Shown here: in pieces, positions 53,810 to 64,000 of the stretch
Layout of the letters: each line of letters starts with the position of its first letter
How positions within the stretch are numbered: position 1 is the first letter of the stretch
Origin: Methanobacteriota archaeon
GTDB lineage: Archaea; Thermoplasmatota; Poseidoniia; Poseidoniales; Thalassarchaeaceae
Reading direction: 5' to 3'
Length of the DNA: 64,000 bases
Assembly: GCA_016845365.1 (NCBI GenBank)
Contig: JAERST010000011.1
Span: 1,044-65,043 of the forward strand
Position numbers and translations under genes: made by a program
The notes under the pieces: generated by a model
What the model was told of the DNA's origin: nothing
Databases searched by the model: none
What the model saw: only the letters and a program-made list of their open reading frames with translations

Positions 53810-55825
53810 ATGAGCGGCGATGCTGTCGAAACCTCGCTGAGGTACTTCGCTCACGAGGAGGTTCGCGACTCCCAAGTGGAGATGGTTGAGGATGGTCTAA
53901 CCTCGCTTCTCGCCGAGGGATTCCTGATGGCTTCGGCGCCGACTGGAATCGGAAAGACAGCCGCGGCTCTGGCAAGCGCAATCGCGGCTCAGAGAGCTTC
54001 TGCGAGCCAATTGAGAATTCTATTCCTCACCGGAAGACAATCCCAACATCGGATAGTTGTCGACACGGTTCGTCGTATCAATCAGAAAATGGGTGAAGGC
54101 GAGCCGTTGTTGCGCTTGGTTGACCTAATCGGCCGCGAAAGCATGTGTGAGAATGTCGACCGCATGAGTGGGCGATGTGATTGCGAAGAGCAACTCGACG
54201 GGTCCATGCGAGAGGAGTTGCGTGCTGATGTGCGCTCGCAAATGTGGCGAGAGCCGATGCATGTTGATGACTTGACTCGTACTTGCCGTCGCCTCAATTT
54301 GTGTGCCTGGGCGACGGCTCGTGAAGCTGCGAAGAGTACGGATATTCTCGTTTGTGATTACAATCATGTCTTCGTCGAGGGAGTTCGCGAGGCATCTCTG
54401 CCCGCGATGGGAATCGAACTCGAAGAATCGATTCTGATTATCGACGAAGCCCATAACCTTCCAGATAGAATTCGTAATGGGATGGAGCGTCGCATAATTT
54501 CGAAGACCTTCCGCGACGCTCGATTCGAGGTGCAGGAGCACCTCGAGAAAGAAATCGAAAAAGCGGCTAGGAATGGAGAGGAGGTTGACCTTGATGAAAT
54601 GGAATGGGCCGAGAGGTCTCTCAAGAAACTCCAATCCGATATGTCTCGCTGGTTCTCCGCGCGAGAGAAGGAACTCTCGCGCGCATCAGATGACGATATG
54701 CGAGTTGAAACCACAGATTTACTCAAGGAGATGGATGCAATCCTCTCCGAATCGCTCGACGAGGCGCCGAGCGGAAAATATGCCAATCTGAAGAGATTGG
54801 TCGCTCAGTTATACTCGGTCCAAGTCGACCCCGACGAGGATGATGAGGATGAGAAGGAGACCAGTTGTGAGAGGCTTGGTGCCTTCATCGCAACTTGTGG
54901 AACCTATGAGGAATCACCGGCTCTCGTCCTTGTTTTTGATAAATTGACAGACGACGATCCGCGGGTTAGGTCATTCCTACTGGACCCCGGAGTAGTCTCA
55001 GGCGCTTTGTTTGAAGCATCTCGCGGCGCCCTGTTAATGTCGGGAACTCTGTTTCCGCCAGAGATGTACCGCGACCTGCTTCGTCTTCCTGAGGAGCGAG
55101 GTGTGACCGCGAAGGAGTACGATTCGCCTTTCCTCAGTGAACGGCGGCCAGTGTTGATCGCCCAAAATACGACCTCGCGGTATACCGAACGGGGCGAGAA
55201 TAATACCAACAATATCCGTGACCACATCATCGAAGTAATTCGAAACACTCCGGGCCATGTCGCCCTCTTCGCGCAAAGTTACGCGATGCTCGAGACTGTT
55301 CTCGACGACTATCGCTGGATTCCCTGGGGAGTTCGGGTGGAGAAAGAACGCCCTCGCATGTCAAAACGGCAAGTTGGCGATATGGTGGAGAATCTGTATC
55401 GCAAGCGCCGCACTGGAGACCGAGTTCTACTGTGCGGCGTACTCTCGGGCAAGCTGGCTGAAGGCGTCGATTATCCAGAAAATATCCTCGACGCCGTAAT
55501 CTGCATCGGCTTGCCCGTACCCCCTCCCAGCGCTCGACAGAAAGCCCTCACCGAATACTGCGAGGACCGATTCGGCTCTCACGCTGCTCGGCGCTATTCA
55601 AGCCATCAACCAGCCGTGAACAGTGTCCTTCAAGCGATTGGGAGGCCAATCCGTAAGGGTGAGGACCGAGCCTTGGTGGTTATCCTTGAGAAGAGGGTTA
55701 GAGAGAGGCCGTACAAATTCTGTTTGCCATCGAGTTTGCAAGTCATGAAATCACAAGATTCCAAGCGCACAGCCCGGGTTGCTCAGCGCTTCTTCGAGAG
55801 GTTTCCAGACCCAGCAATCGAGTGA
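53810..55825 (+). CDS. xpd: XPD/Rad3-family Fe-S DNA helicase
   Basis: Walker A APTGIGKT. Fe-S Cys cluster (C-x9-C-x-C ... C-x5-C) between motifs I and Ia/II. VCDYNHVF. DEAH box IIDEAHNL. C-terminal helicase motifs (LLMSGTL; QAIGRPIR). Confidence 0.85.
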   Translation: MSGDAVETSLRYFAHEEVRDSQVEMVEDGLTSLLAEGFLMASAPTGIGKTAAALASAIAAQRASASQLRILFLTGRQSQHRIVVDTVRRINQKMGEGEPLLRLVDLIGRESMCENVDRMSGRCDCEEQLDGSMREELRADVRSQMWREPMHVDDLTRTCRRLNLCAWATAREAAKSTDILVCDYNHVFVEGVREASLPAMGIELEESILIIDEAHNLPDRIRNGMERRIISKTFRDARFEVQEHLEKEIEKAARNGEEVDLDEMEWAERSLKKLQSDMSRWFSAREKELSRASDDDMRVETTDLLKEMDAILSESLDEAPSGKYANLKRLVAQLYSVQVDPDEDDEDEKETSCERLGAFIATCGTYEESPALVLVFDKLTDDDPRVRSFLLDPGVVSGALFEASRGALLMSGTLFPPEMYRDLLRLPEERGVTAKEYDSPFLSERRPVLIAQNTTSRYTERGENNTNNIRDHIIEVIRNTPGHVALFAQSYAMLETVLDDYRWIPWGVRVEKERPRMSKRQVGDMVENLYRKRRTGDRVLLCGVLSGKLAEGVDYPENILDAVICIGLPVPPPSARQKALTEYCEDRFGSHAARRYSSHQPAVNSVLQAIGRPIRKGEDRALVVILEKRVRERPYKFCLPSSLQVMKSQDSKRTARVAQRFFERFPDPAIE

Positions 55826-55858
55826 GGAACAGTCGTTGCATTCATCCGACACGCGTGC

Positions 55859-56335
55859 ATGGGAGGGGTGAGAGACATGTGGCAGGACATCGTAATCGAG
55901 GGTGCTGATTTCGTCGGAAAGGATGTTTCTCACGCCGAATACGGCCTCGACGTAACCGCTGAGATGATGCACCAGAGATTTCTATCTGAGATGAGCCACT
56001 TGGAAGCTGTGCGACTCTCGCATGAGAGGATTGTTGCCGAGGCGGCGAGTACTGTCGATTCATCGCGCGCCTCGCTACGCGGAGTCGATTCACCGAGCCA
56101 AGCATTCGAAGCATTGGATGGCTCGGTGGTAGAAACTGGATTCGATTTAGAGTTGAATGTCGAGTCATTGACCGACCTCTCGGTCAGCACCAGTATCATC
56201 GATGGTGAACGAACAGTGAGAATAATTGCGCCTGAGAGATTCGGTGGCATGATTCACACGCTTTCGCTTCCTCCAGCGCTTGATGTCGAAGCCGCGACAT
56301 TAACCGAGGGGACGCTGAGTCTCACATTCCGCTGA
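55859..56335 (+). CDS. Hypothetical protein with an Hsp20/alpha-crystallin-like C-terminal region (tentative)
   Basis: FDLELNVESLTDLSVSTSIIDGERTVRIIAPE...IHTLSLPPALDVEAATLTEGTLSLTFR resembles the alpha-crystallin-domain pattern (f.r.i.LP..vd...a.l.nGvL.i). Confidence 0.35.
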   Translation: MGGVRDMWQDIVIEGADFVGKDVSHAEYGLDVTAEMMHQRFLSEMSHLEAVRLSHERIVAEAASTVDSSRASLRGVDSPSQAFEALDGSVVETGFDLELNVESLTDLSVSTSIIDGERTVRIIAPERFGGMIHTLSLPPALDVEAATLTEGTLSLTFR

Positions 56336-56363
56336 ATTGCGGCTCATCATAGCCACAGGGCAA

Positions 56364-59300
56364 TCATGCCGCGGCTTCGGTCAATTCGTAGGAGTCACGC
56401 TCTGGAACATCCTGCAATTCATCGATTTCCTGAAGCACCATCGAAAGAGCATGTTGTGCATTCTGCCTGTGACCATCGCCAAGTCGATGGGAAGAATAGC
56501 GAGCTTCCTCGAAGATTCGGTCGAGAGCAACGAGAGCCTGCTCGCCGATCGGAAGAGCCTTGCGAATTGCCATTTCGAACTCACGTACAGTTTCGAAATC
56601 TCGTCGTAGGAATCCGTGCCTCATCAGAATATTGCAAAGGCTCTCGTAGCAGTTGAAAATCGCCTCGCGAATCTCATCGCCGGCAGCCAACAACTCAGCG
56701 GTATAGCTGAAGATTCCTGCCATCTCCTCGAGAGCAGCCTGTCGACGGCGTCGCAAGGATAGGGCTAGACCTGCTGCGGTTCCTAGAATCAAGATGACTC
56801 CGACAACGGCGATGATTTGCCAGAACGTTAGAGGCGGCGCAGGGTCTTGGTAAGTCATCTGAATGCCTCCGTGCTCATTAGCCAACCAGAATCGGTCAGC
56901 CGGACTGATCAATTGCGAATCCGTTTGGAAAATGAGTGTTAGGTCGCCCCACCTCGACTTATCGTAGAATGAAGGTTGGTTCTCGATTTCAAAGCGGTAA
57001 TCCATTACTCCATTGGAATCAGTCAACTTGACATTCTGGAAGTGAATCATACTGCTATTGACCAATCTTGCAACGATTGAGATTCCCTCAACGGGCAATC
57101 CTGTATCCTTCGCGGTGATTGTCACATTGCCTTGGATGACTCGTTGATTCTCCTTGATGTGATGGCCTTCTGGATTGAAAGTGAAAGTCACTGGGACTCT
57201 GATGTTGACGACGTGTTCTATCGTTGCACTATTGAGGTAACGTTCTGCATCCGAAAGGGCTGCAAGTTGTAGCGAAAGTTCACCAGCGGGCATTGTTGAC
57301 CTCGCAGGCGAGCTCAATTCGAAGTGTCCTGTGGATTCGTCCCAAAGTACGGTCGAACGCTCTGCAACGCCGTCCCAGAGTAACGCGAGTTCCATCTCTT
57401 CGATGACATCTCCTTCGCCTCCGACCTCGACTATTCTGCCGACTAATTCGATGTCGTAGGCGTCATTCGAGCGGATGATGATGTCGGTTTGCCAAAGTAA
57501 TTCGATCACCACATCCGCTCGCGCGAAAACAGTCATGTTGTATTCGACTGGGAGATAGAATGTCTGTCCCTCAAAGGTAAATCGGACATCGTGTCCACCA
57601 CGCGCAATCAAGTAGCCAATCGCGTGGTCGAACTTGAAATTACCATCGTATCCAGTGGTGGTTCGGTGAATCTCTTCACCGTTCAAAGTGACGATAATCT
57701 CCCGTCCAACCAATCCCGGAGCACCGGCGGTGTCAGCATCGAATAGTCGTCCTGTGAAGTTCCACTTCTCGCCTCTTGTAACCGAGACATCATCCACTTG
57801 CAGGTTCATTCCGGTGTGGTAGGCGATGGTCAGGTTGGCGTCGATGCTTCCTGGGCGATGGTAACCTTGGGCGGGAGCGGAGATTGTCAGAGTGTGGAAT
57901 CCTACATCGAGGAAGTCTGAGATGACCCAATTGTAGGACCAATCGCCATTCTCGTCCGTTGAGGTGATTCCCATGAGTGTTCCATCGATGAATATCTCAA
58001 TCGAGTGGTTGGCGAGCCAACCGTCGGGGAGATTGTCTCGCACGGTTCCTGTCAATCGTAGTTCATCGCCAACCGCGTGTGCGACTGGCGGGTCGACGTG
58101 GACTATTGCTGGACCGTAGACTGTGAAGACGGTGGTCGAATTTGAAGCGAGGATGAATTCCTCACCGGCGTATGTGATCTTCACCAGGCGCGGCCCGAGC
58201 GGCATGTCAGGCGGTATTGGGACGAATATGCTGAATGTACCATTGCTTTCAACGGTCAAGCCGGTGAGGAATTGACCGTTCATTGTCACCTCAAGATAAC
58301 GGTCTCCGAGGGCTCGACCGGCTCCATCGGTGAGCATCCCCTCGATGAGTAGTAGCTCATTTCGGTCAACCTCGCCGGGCGGGGTGGTTAGTACGACTTG
58401 AGAAGTCTGAGTGACGTTGAACATCTCAGTCGTGCTAGATGGCAAGTAATATTCAGGATTCAGTGAATCTCCCTGACCCATCGGGTCGACCCAAGTGAAT
58501 CCACCAAGGAACTTGGCGGTGACCAGATGGGCACCATAATCCGTATCGAGCGGGAGATTGTAGGTCACCGACCACTCTCCGCTGGATGCATTGGTGCGAG
58601 TTGTGTAGGCTGAGCCGACATCGACACCGTCAATCCAGATGTGAATAATTCCGCCAGAGAATAGCCCTCCATTGGTTAGAGCTTGACCGTGCTCATCGAG
58701 GAGAGTGCCGGTGAATGTGATGCTTTCTCCGGCAATCATCGAACCGGTCATTTCGGTAATCTCGAGGACTGAAGGAGCCAGGACGATTACCCGTGTCCAT
58801 GTAGAATCTCCATTGAGACCGGTGGTTCCGTTGATACCGGCGAATTCAGCAGTGATTAGCATCGGACCTTGTTCTCGAGTCGCTTCGACTGGGATGACGA
58901 TGGTGGCTCGTCCGTCGACGTCGGTTGGCACAGTCTGAAGGACCGTTCCATCGACGAGGACGTCGACATTCGCATTGCCAACGAGTTGGCCAGCATTATC
59001 GATTAGTGAGATATTGACGCTGACATCATTACCACGAACGACTCTTCGATCGGGGTCGAGGTCGGCTGGGTCAACGATGGTAATCAGTGAGTAGCCGCGG
59101 CTATCGAAGGTGCCGATGCCGCTGCTAGAACTGTAGTAATTCACCGTAGGCGTGTAGGTGGCCGCGATACTGTGAGTACCCCTTGGGAAGGAGAGACCGA
59201 GGGTGATTACGGCACTCCAGGTTCCATTCGGATTGACCGACCCGCCCGATACTTGGAATCCACTATCGTCGCCATCGATTTCGAATGTCAGGAACGCGGC

Positions 59301-62300
59301 TAGAGCGGCACCTGAGCGGTCCATGATCCCAGTACCATTGCTGGAAAGTAGGGTGCCGCTGACATTGAATGATTCCCCAGCTACTGGATTATCTGTTACT
59401 TCAGAGACGTTCAGAGTGGTCGGTGAGCGCACCGTAATTTGGTTCATCACGGTGGTTGTAGAGTGGAGCGATGCAGTTCCGTTGAACATTAGGGTGACTC
59501 CGATTTGGCCGAGCGGATGGTCATGTGGGACATCGAAGGTGAAGTTGGCCAAGCCCTCTCCATTGGTGATTGTCTCAGTCAACCAAGTATTGTGGAACTT
59601 CGCTGCAACGGTCATTCCCGAGAGTCTCAGGTCATTATCCGTGTATTCTGTTAATCGCGCTCCGAATGTGACCGATGAACCGCGGTCAACTATCGTTTGA
59701 ATAATCGGAGTGCGATCCATGAATCGAGTCACTCCGCGGACTAGAATCGAAGCATTACCCGTTCCGGTGAGATAGAATGGACTGGTTCCCTCGAGGACGC
59801 TAACCACGACTGTCTTCGTCCCACTAGATACTCCATCTCCTCGTGGGTCGGTCGGCACCGAAACGGTGAACGAACCATTGTTTGTTGTGGTAAAGCTCGA
59901 CACCAATGTCTCACTGGTATCGTTGAGGAAGAAGACCTCTATCGCCATCGGTCCGTCGACGGAGCGATTATTGTCGAATCCGTCGAGTACCCTGCCACTA
60001 ATCGTGAATGCTTGACCCGCGGTCACCTCAGCAGGAATCGAATCGATGGCGACCGCGCTGTCGACCTGCACAGTCAGATTCACAAAGGACTCATTTCCAA
60101 TCCAGCGCCCGGCATTTGCAACGGTCAAATTGTCCGTCAAATCATCGGGCGCATGCACGCGCAGGTCGTAGAATCCAGGAACTGTGTTCGCGAGTAGTGT
60201 TGGGTTGAATCTAGCGATTCCATCAACATCGGTCGTAGTCGTATCGATGATGGTCTGATTCGCGCCACCCCAATCGAAGTAGAGGTCGACACTCGCGTCA
60301 GGTACAACCGAACCATCCGCGAGGTCGGTTACCGTCGCATTCAGTATCAGTGTGGTTCCGGCGACCACGATAATCGAGGTTGGAGCCGCCTCCACCACGA
60401 ATTCACTCTGAACCCCGATCGCCACACGAACAGGGTCGCCTACCACGAAGTATGGTCCGGGAGCGGGGGCGGTTGTGGCAAAGTCCAGTTGAATTCGCAT
60501 CATGTATACGCCTGAAGGAATATCACTTGGAATCGTGAATGAGTAGTTGTACTCACCAGTTGTCTCGTTAATCCAGCCCTCGGCTAAGCGGTGGATAATC
60601 GGCGGAGCCGGGCTGCCATCGGGCCCGGGTGGAAGGTCAGAAGGCTCCTCTAATTGAATGAGAATCGAAGAATTATTTCCGGTAACTGCAGTCAGATGAA
60701 CTACATCCTGAGCGATACCGGACACCCAATTCGTCATTCCGCGTTGAGTCCACTCTGAACCCAAATTGACCGTTACGTTCGACCGCCCTTGGATGCGAAT
60801 CATATCATCGGCTGTCGCTGCCGCCAACCAGGTCGAACCAGAGTAATTCATCTCCCAGGAATAATCTCCTGCGAGCATATTCCACTGTGGCATCCACACG
60901 ACGGTGTAGCGTCCTGAGGAAGGATCGGTAGTATTCCACACTTGAGTTCCGTTGAAATCTACGGTGTAGCTACCCGCGAAGTCAGCAACCGAGGTTCCCG
61001 TGTGGTCGGATAACTGCACATCGACCGCAGCCTGATGTCCTCTGGTCGTCGGATTCAATGTGTAACTGAATTCAACATAGGAACGAATTCCGTAAATCGA
61101 AGGGAATGTCTCTTCATCCGCAGCGAATAAGCCATCGGCATCGTAGGTGAACTTGACCTCGACCTCTCCAGCTGGAATGTCGACCACGGACTCATTGAAG
61201 TCCCAAGTCAAGGCGAATTGTCCTGGTGTCGAGGTCCAATTACTCGCGTTTAGGGCCCAAGTCTGCAATGTCGTGTAAGGTCCGTTTGTGCCGGTTCGTC
61301 GCATCGCGAATGTTAGGGTGCCATTGAGAGGCTCAGGCGAAGGGCCACGGCTAACTGCAGTTCCATTGATGAAAACCAACTCATTGATGTCCAGAATGCT
61401 CGCATTGGCGTCGATTCCCTCGAGTGATACTGTGAGATTTGGTGAAGGTGTGATATTGAAATTGAACGCCATCGTACTCGGACGCAAGTGGTACTCGGGA
61501 TTCGTCAAATTGTTGAGGTCATTTTGATGCCATCCGAGGAAGGCAAGGCTGGCGTTGATGAGACCCAATGGCTCACTTTCTGAAATTGGTACATTGAATT
61601 CGTAATAACCGCTCGCACCGACATCAGCAATCAAATTCACAGGGCCATCTTCGACAGTTGTGTAGTTGAGCAATACTTGCAGAGTATCTAGTTGGGCTGG
61701 ATCGGTCTGAGGTGGATTCGCCCAAGCGAGTGTGCCGGTTACCGTTGTGTTCACGCCGGCACCGAGCATCGGTTCGTTGGTCGGTGCTGGACTTGATATC
61801 GAGATGTCAACATCGTCTGTGATATTGATGGTCCATGGGAATGAGATTCCCTGCACTCCTACGTATCCTTGTGTATGTGTCAACAATACCAAGGAACCGT
61901 AACCCGGTTGAATCATCGCTGAAGGAGCGCCGTCGAATGAGAAGTAGCCTGTCTCATTGGTAGTTACTGTGCCGATTAGATGATTTGCGGTTGCCGCGCT
62001 TCCGGGGACATTTGCTGTATCGTTCGATGGAACGAGGTATAGGTCAAGGACGATTCCTTCGATCGACGTCGCATTACTTGCGAATTGGAGTGTACCATTC
62101 AGAGTAATATTACCAGACGAGTAGTCTCGCTCGTAGGAATCTGGTGACCAAGTCTCATTGACGACCTCGACAACCGACATATCTGGACAGGCTTGGAATG
62201 GAATCCATCCAAGGTCGAGTTCTCCTTGGTTGGCATTAGTCTGCAAATGAACCTCGACCCACCAACTGAAATCGTGGCCATAGACTTGGAATCCATTGTC

Positions 62301-64000
62301 TACCCAAGTTCCCCCCGAGAATCCTGTGACCTTTCGAGTTGGTAATTCGAGGGCGCGAAGTAGAGCGGCGAATACTGTTGCATATTCGTCACAATCACCC
62401 TCAAATGCCTCCTCAAGAATCCACACGCTGGTGTCTGTTAGCAGGTGGTTTTCGGCTGAATCACTTCGATTTGATCCTGCGTGATTTCGTAAGAAAGTCG
62501 TCGTATTATTGCCATTAATGAGGAATTGTTGCAGGGCGATTACCTGGTCCCACGCCGACGTCCAACCGCTTTCATTTACAATCGACCAAGCGATTCTGGA
62601 GATATTGTCAGCGGACTCGATTTTTCCAAGATCCTTCGCATAGGAACTATTCTGGAACGCTGTGGTATTATCACGAATAGCATCGGTCAATGTCACCTGT
62701 GTCGCTGTGACGTACAAGGTATCGACAATCGATGAATCGATGAGAACATCACGCGTGTAATTGGAGAAATTCAGTCCCGCATCAACATCGATCCAGTCGG
62801 TATAATTCACAGCATTGTACGGCGCAATCAACTCGTCTCCAGGATATAGAATTCCATTATTGCGGAATGATAATTCCCAGCCGTACAAAGTAGCGTCATC
62901 CCACAGATCCTGATGTGCAACACCCTGTAGGGTTGACCAACTTGGGAACATCGGAGTATATCCTACAAGGCTCGTGTTGACCCCCCACGAGACTCCAGTG
63001 TAGTAATCGTAGGTGTGCCAACGCCAGTAATGAGTTTGGTTGAAGTCGATTCCAGCAGTAGTGTTCTCAGCGAAGAAGTAGAGCATATTGGTTTGGAGAT
63101 CATCACTAGGGTCCCAAGGGTCCATCGATGCATCAGCGCAGTCATTTTCCCAGAAGGCCGGAGGACATTCATCCCCATCGGGAATACCTCCACCATCGGT
63201 ATCTGGGTCGCGCCAATCCGTGCCAATCTCTTGCTCGATGGTATCAGGGATTCCATCGCCATCGGTGTCGAGTGGGTTCATGTCATCATCGGGATTATTC
63301 TGCGGGTTGGTCCCATCGAGATACTCCTGATAATCTGTGACTCCACCGTTATCCGTATCGGTATTATTCCACAGCGTAGTGTAATTGTCAAGGGTCATAT
63401 TCCCACCCTCAAATCCGAATATCAGCGGGCACCCGGTATTGTTCTCGAACCAATTATTGAGACCGTCACCATCGAAGTCGGCGAGATTATCGCACGGTTC
63501 CATCGGGTCAGTTCCGTTGATGACTTCATCGAGGTCGCTGACGCTATCGCCGTCGGAATCGGTCATGTTCGGCATGGAGATGTAACCCCATGAACCGAGC
63601 GACTCTTCCCAATCGGCTAATCCATCGCCGTCACTATCTTTGTAATCGTCGTCACAATGAGGTTCATTCAGTGAACCGAGTGCAGGGTCCCAACACCAAG
63701 AACCGTTTACCACAACAACGAACATCGCATCAGACGGCATAGTAATCGAAACCGCTCTCAAAGTATTACCATTGAGGGATGAATATTGGAATGGAGTCCG
63801 ATTACCCGTCGCGGATTCGAACCATGCCATCGGTTCACCATTTTGTCGCCAGTCAACAGGGGTTGGGTCTAATCTTGAGGTATTATTGACAGTGAGAGAA
63901 TTGTCCGCCGGGACCCAAGCTACGATGTCGAGATAGAGTTCGTAGGTATTGGTACAAGGATCGGTAGCGTGGGCAGGCGTGAGCTCCGCACCATCATCAA
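56364..64000 (-). CDS. Giant surface protein with transglutaminase-like core, TSP3 repeats, many Ig-like modules, TM and cytoplasmic DUF4129-like domain; 5' end beyond the window
   Basis: ORF track gives 2488 aa from Met 63830, but I find no stop in frame from 63831 to 64000 (...LDPTPVDWRQNGEP-MAWFES), so the gene extends upstream. TSP3 units DSDGDGLADWEE and DTDGDGIPDTIE. Core GDCDEYATVFAALLRALELPTRKVTGF...YGHDFSWWVEV. TM IIAVVGVILILGTAAGLALSL plus RRRRQ. Tail ...FETVREFEMAIRKAL...EEARYSSH. Confidence 0.85.
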   Translation of the reverse strand, partial: DDGAELTPAHATDPCTNTYELYLDIVAWVPADNSLTVNNTSRLDPTPVDWRQNGEPMAWFESATGNRTPFQYSSLNGNTLRAVSITMPSDAMFVVVVNGSWCWDPALGSLNEPHCDDDYKDSDGDGLADWEESLGSWGYISMPNMTDSDGDSVSDLDEVINGTDPMEPCDNLADFDGDGLNNWFENNTGCPLIFGFEGGNMTLDNYTTLWNNTDTDNGGVTDYQEYLDGTNPQNNPDDDMNPLDTDGDGIPDTIEQEIGTDWRDPDTDGGGIPDGDECPPAFWENDCADASMDPWDPSDDLQTNMLYFFAENTTAGIDFNQTHYWRWHTYDYYTGVSWGVNTSLVGYTPMFPSWSTLQGVAHQDLWDDATLYGWELSFRNNGILYPGDELIAPYNAVNYTDWIDVDAGLNFSNYTRDVLIDSSIVDTLYVTATQVTLTDAIRDNTTAFQNSSYAKDLGKIESADNISRIAWSIVNESGWTSAWDQVIALQQFLINGNNTTTFLRNHAGSNRSDSAENHLLTDTSVWILEEAFEGDCDEYATVFAALLRALELPTRKVTGFSGGTWVDNGFQVYGHDFSWWVEVHLQTNANQGELDLGWIPFQACPDMSVVEVVNETWSPDSYERDYSSGNITLNGTLQFASNATSIEGIVLDLYLVPSNDTANVPGSAATANHLIGTVTTNETGYFSFDGAPSAMIQPGYGSLVLLTHTQGYVGVQGISFPWTINITDDVDISISSPAPTNEPMLGAGVNTTVTGTLAWANPPQTDPAQLDTLQVLLNYTTVEDGPVNLIADVGASGYYEFNVPISESEPLGLINASLAFLGWHQNDLNNLTNPEYHLRPSTMAFNFNITPSPNLTVSLEGIDANASILDINELVFINGTAVSRGPSPEPLNGTLTFAMRRTGTNGPYTTLQTWALNASNWTSTPGQFALTWDFNESVVDIPAGEVEVKFTYDADGLFAADEETFPSIYGIRSYVEFSYTLNPTTRGHQAAVDVQLSDHTGTSVADFAGSYTVDFNGTQVWNTTDPSSGRYTVVWMPQWNMLAGDYSWEMNYSGSTWLAAATADDMIRIQGRSNVTVNLGSEWTQRGMTNWVSGIAQDVVHLTAVTGNNSSILIQLEEPSDLPPGPDGSPAPPIIHRLAEGWINETTGEYNYSFTIPSDIPSGVYMMRIQLDFATTAPAPGPYFVVGDPVRVAIGVQSEFVVEAAPTSIIVVAGTTLILNATVTDLADGSVVPDASVDLYFDWGGANQTIIDTTTTDVDGIARFNPTLLANTVPGFYDLRVHAPDDLTDNLTVANAGRWIGNESFVNLTVQVDSAVAIDSIPAEVTAGQAFTISGRVLDGFDNNRSVDGPMAIEVFFLNDTSETLVSSFTTTNNGSFTVSVPTDPRGDGVSSGTKTVVVSVLEGTSPFYLTGTGNASILVRGVTRFMDRTPIIQTIVDRGSSVTFGARLTEYTDNDLRLSGMTVAAKFHNTWLTETITNGEGLANFTFDVPHDHPLGQIGVTLMFNGTASLHSTTTVMNQITVRSPTTLNVSEVTDNPVAGESFNVSGTLLSSNGTGIMDRSGAALAAFLTFEIDGDDSGFQVSGGSVNPNGTWSAVITLGLSFPRGTHSIAATYTPTVNYYSSSSGIGTFDSRGYSLITIVDPADLDPDRRVVRGNDVSVNISLIDNAGQLVGNANVDVLVDGTVLQTVPTDVDGRATIVIPVEATREQGPMLITAEFAGINGTTGLNGDSTWTRVIVLAPSVLEITEMTGSMIAGESITFTGTLLDEHGQALTNGGLFSGGIIHIWIDGVDVGSAYTTRTNASSGEWSVTYNLPLDTDYGAHLVTAKFLGGFTWVDPMGQGDSLNPEYYLPSSTTEMFNVTQTSQVVLTTPPGEVDRNELLLIEGMLTDGAGRALGDRYLEVTMNGQFLTGLTVESNGTFSIFVPIPPDMPLGPRLVKITYAGEEFILASNSTTVFTVYGPAIVHVDPPVAHAVGDELRLTGTVRDNLPDGWLANHSIEIFIDGTLMGITSTDENGDWSYNWVISDFLDVGFHTLTISAPAQGYHRPGSIDANLTIAYHTGMNLQVDDVSVTRGEKWNFTGRLFDADTAGAPGLVGREIIVTLNGEEIHRTTTGYDGNFKFDHAIGYLIARGGHDVRFTFEGQTFYLPVEYNMTVFARADVVIELLWQTDIIIRSNDAYDIELVGRIVEVGGEGDVIEEMELALLWDGVAERSTVLWDESTGHFELSSPARSTMPAGELSLQLAALSDAERYLNSATIEHVVNIRVPVTFTFNPEGHHIKENQRVIQGNVTITAKDTGLPVEGISIVARLVNSSMIHFQNVKLTDSNGVMDYRFEIENQPSFYDKSRWGDLTLIFQTDSQLISPADRFWLANEHGGIQMTYQDPAPPLTFWQIIAVVGVILILGTAAGLALSLRRRRQAALEEMAGIFSYTAELLAAGDEIREAIFNCYESLCNILMRHGFLRRDFETVREFEMAIRKALPIGEQALVALDRIFEEARYSSHRLGDGHRQNAQHALSMVLQEIDELQDVPERDSYELTEAAA

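Noticed and set aside
48554-55825. Defence island (SAMHD1-like HD dNTPase, XPD-like helicase, RHH regulator)
   Set aside because: Both enzymes are common single-copy housekeeping genes in archaea. They are separated by unrelated genes and different strands, and no nuclease, methylase or other defence hallmarks are nearby.

Overview
This is a 64-kb archaeal chromosome fragment. Evidence: an Rpo7(E')-Spt4-eS24-eS31 operon, archaeal-type AlaRS, RtcB plus archease, archaeal DtdA and XPD. Gene content suggests a marine heterotrophic Thermoplasmatota lineage such as Marine Group II/Poseidoniales; this is inference only, since no search was possible. I call about 45 protein genes and 2 divergent tRNAs (Thr-GGU, Ser-GGA). 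I saw no rRNA, CRISPR array, transposase or integrase. About 39% of the window encodes five giant or secreted surface proteins: an ELWxxDGT-repeat protein; a 1013-aa thrombospondin-type-3 repeat protein; a 2296-aa protein with an extremely acidic cytoplasmic tail; a 1908-aa FG-GAP-like protein; and a >2540-aa transglutaminase-core protein that runs off the window. The rest is housekeeping and amino-acid or protein catabolism: guaC, purC, gdhA, proline dehydrogenase, alanine and class IV aminotransferases, an S8 protease and an amino-acid ABC importer. Items worth a second look: (1) a beta-propeller fused to an ABC permease with no binding-protein gene; (2) a low-GC four-gene operon (SPFH, Arc-like RHH, 2-TM protein, anchored secreted protein); (3) three copies of the tRNA-Ser 3' end packed with perfect hairpins; (4) a 326-nt GC-rich non-coding spacer upstream of the rpoE' operon; (5) a 4 x 25-bp tandem repeat that duplicates the 3' end of a glycosylase gene; (6) a 380-nt hairpin-rich spacer upstream of a receiver/PEP-binding-domain protein; (7) a sulfotransferase-like / class IV aminotransferase gene pair. 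All family assignments rest on motifs read by eye and remembered family signatures. No HMM, BLAST or folding computation was run.
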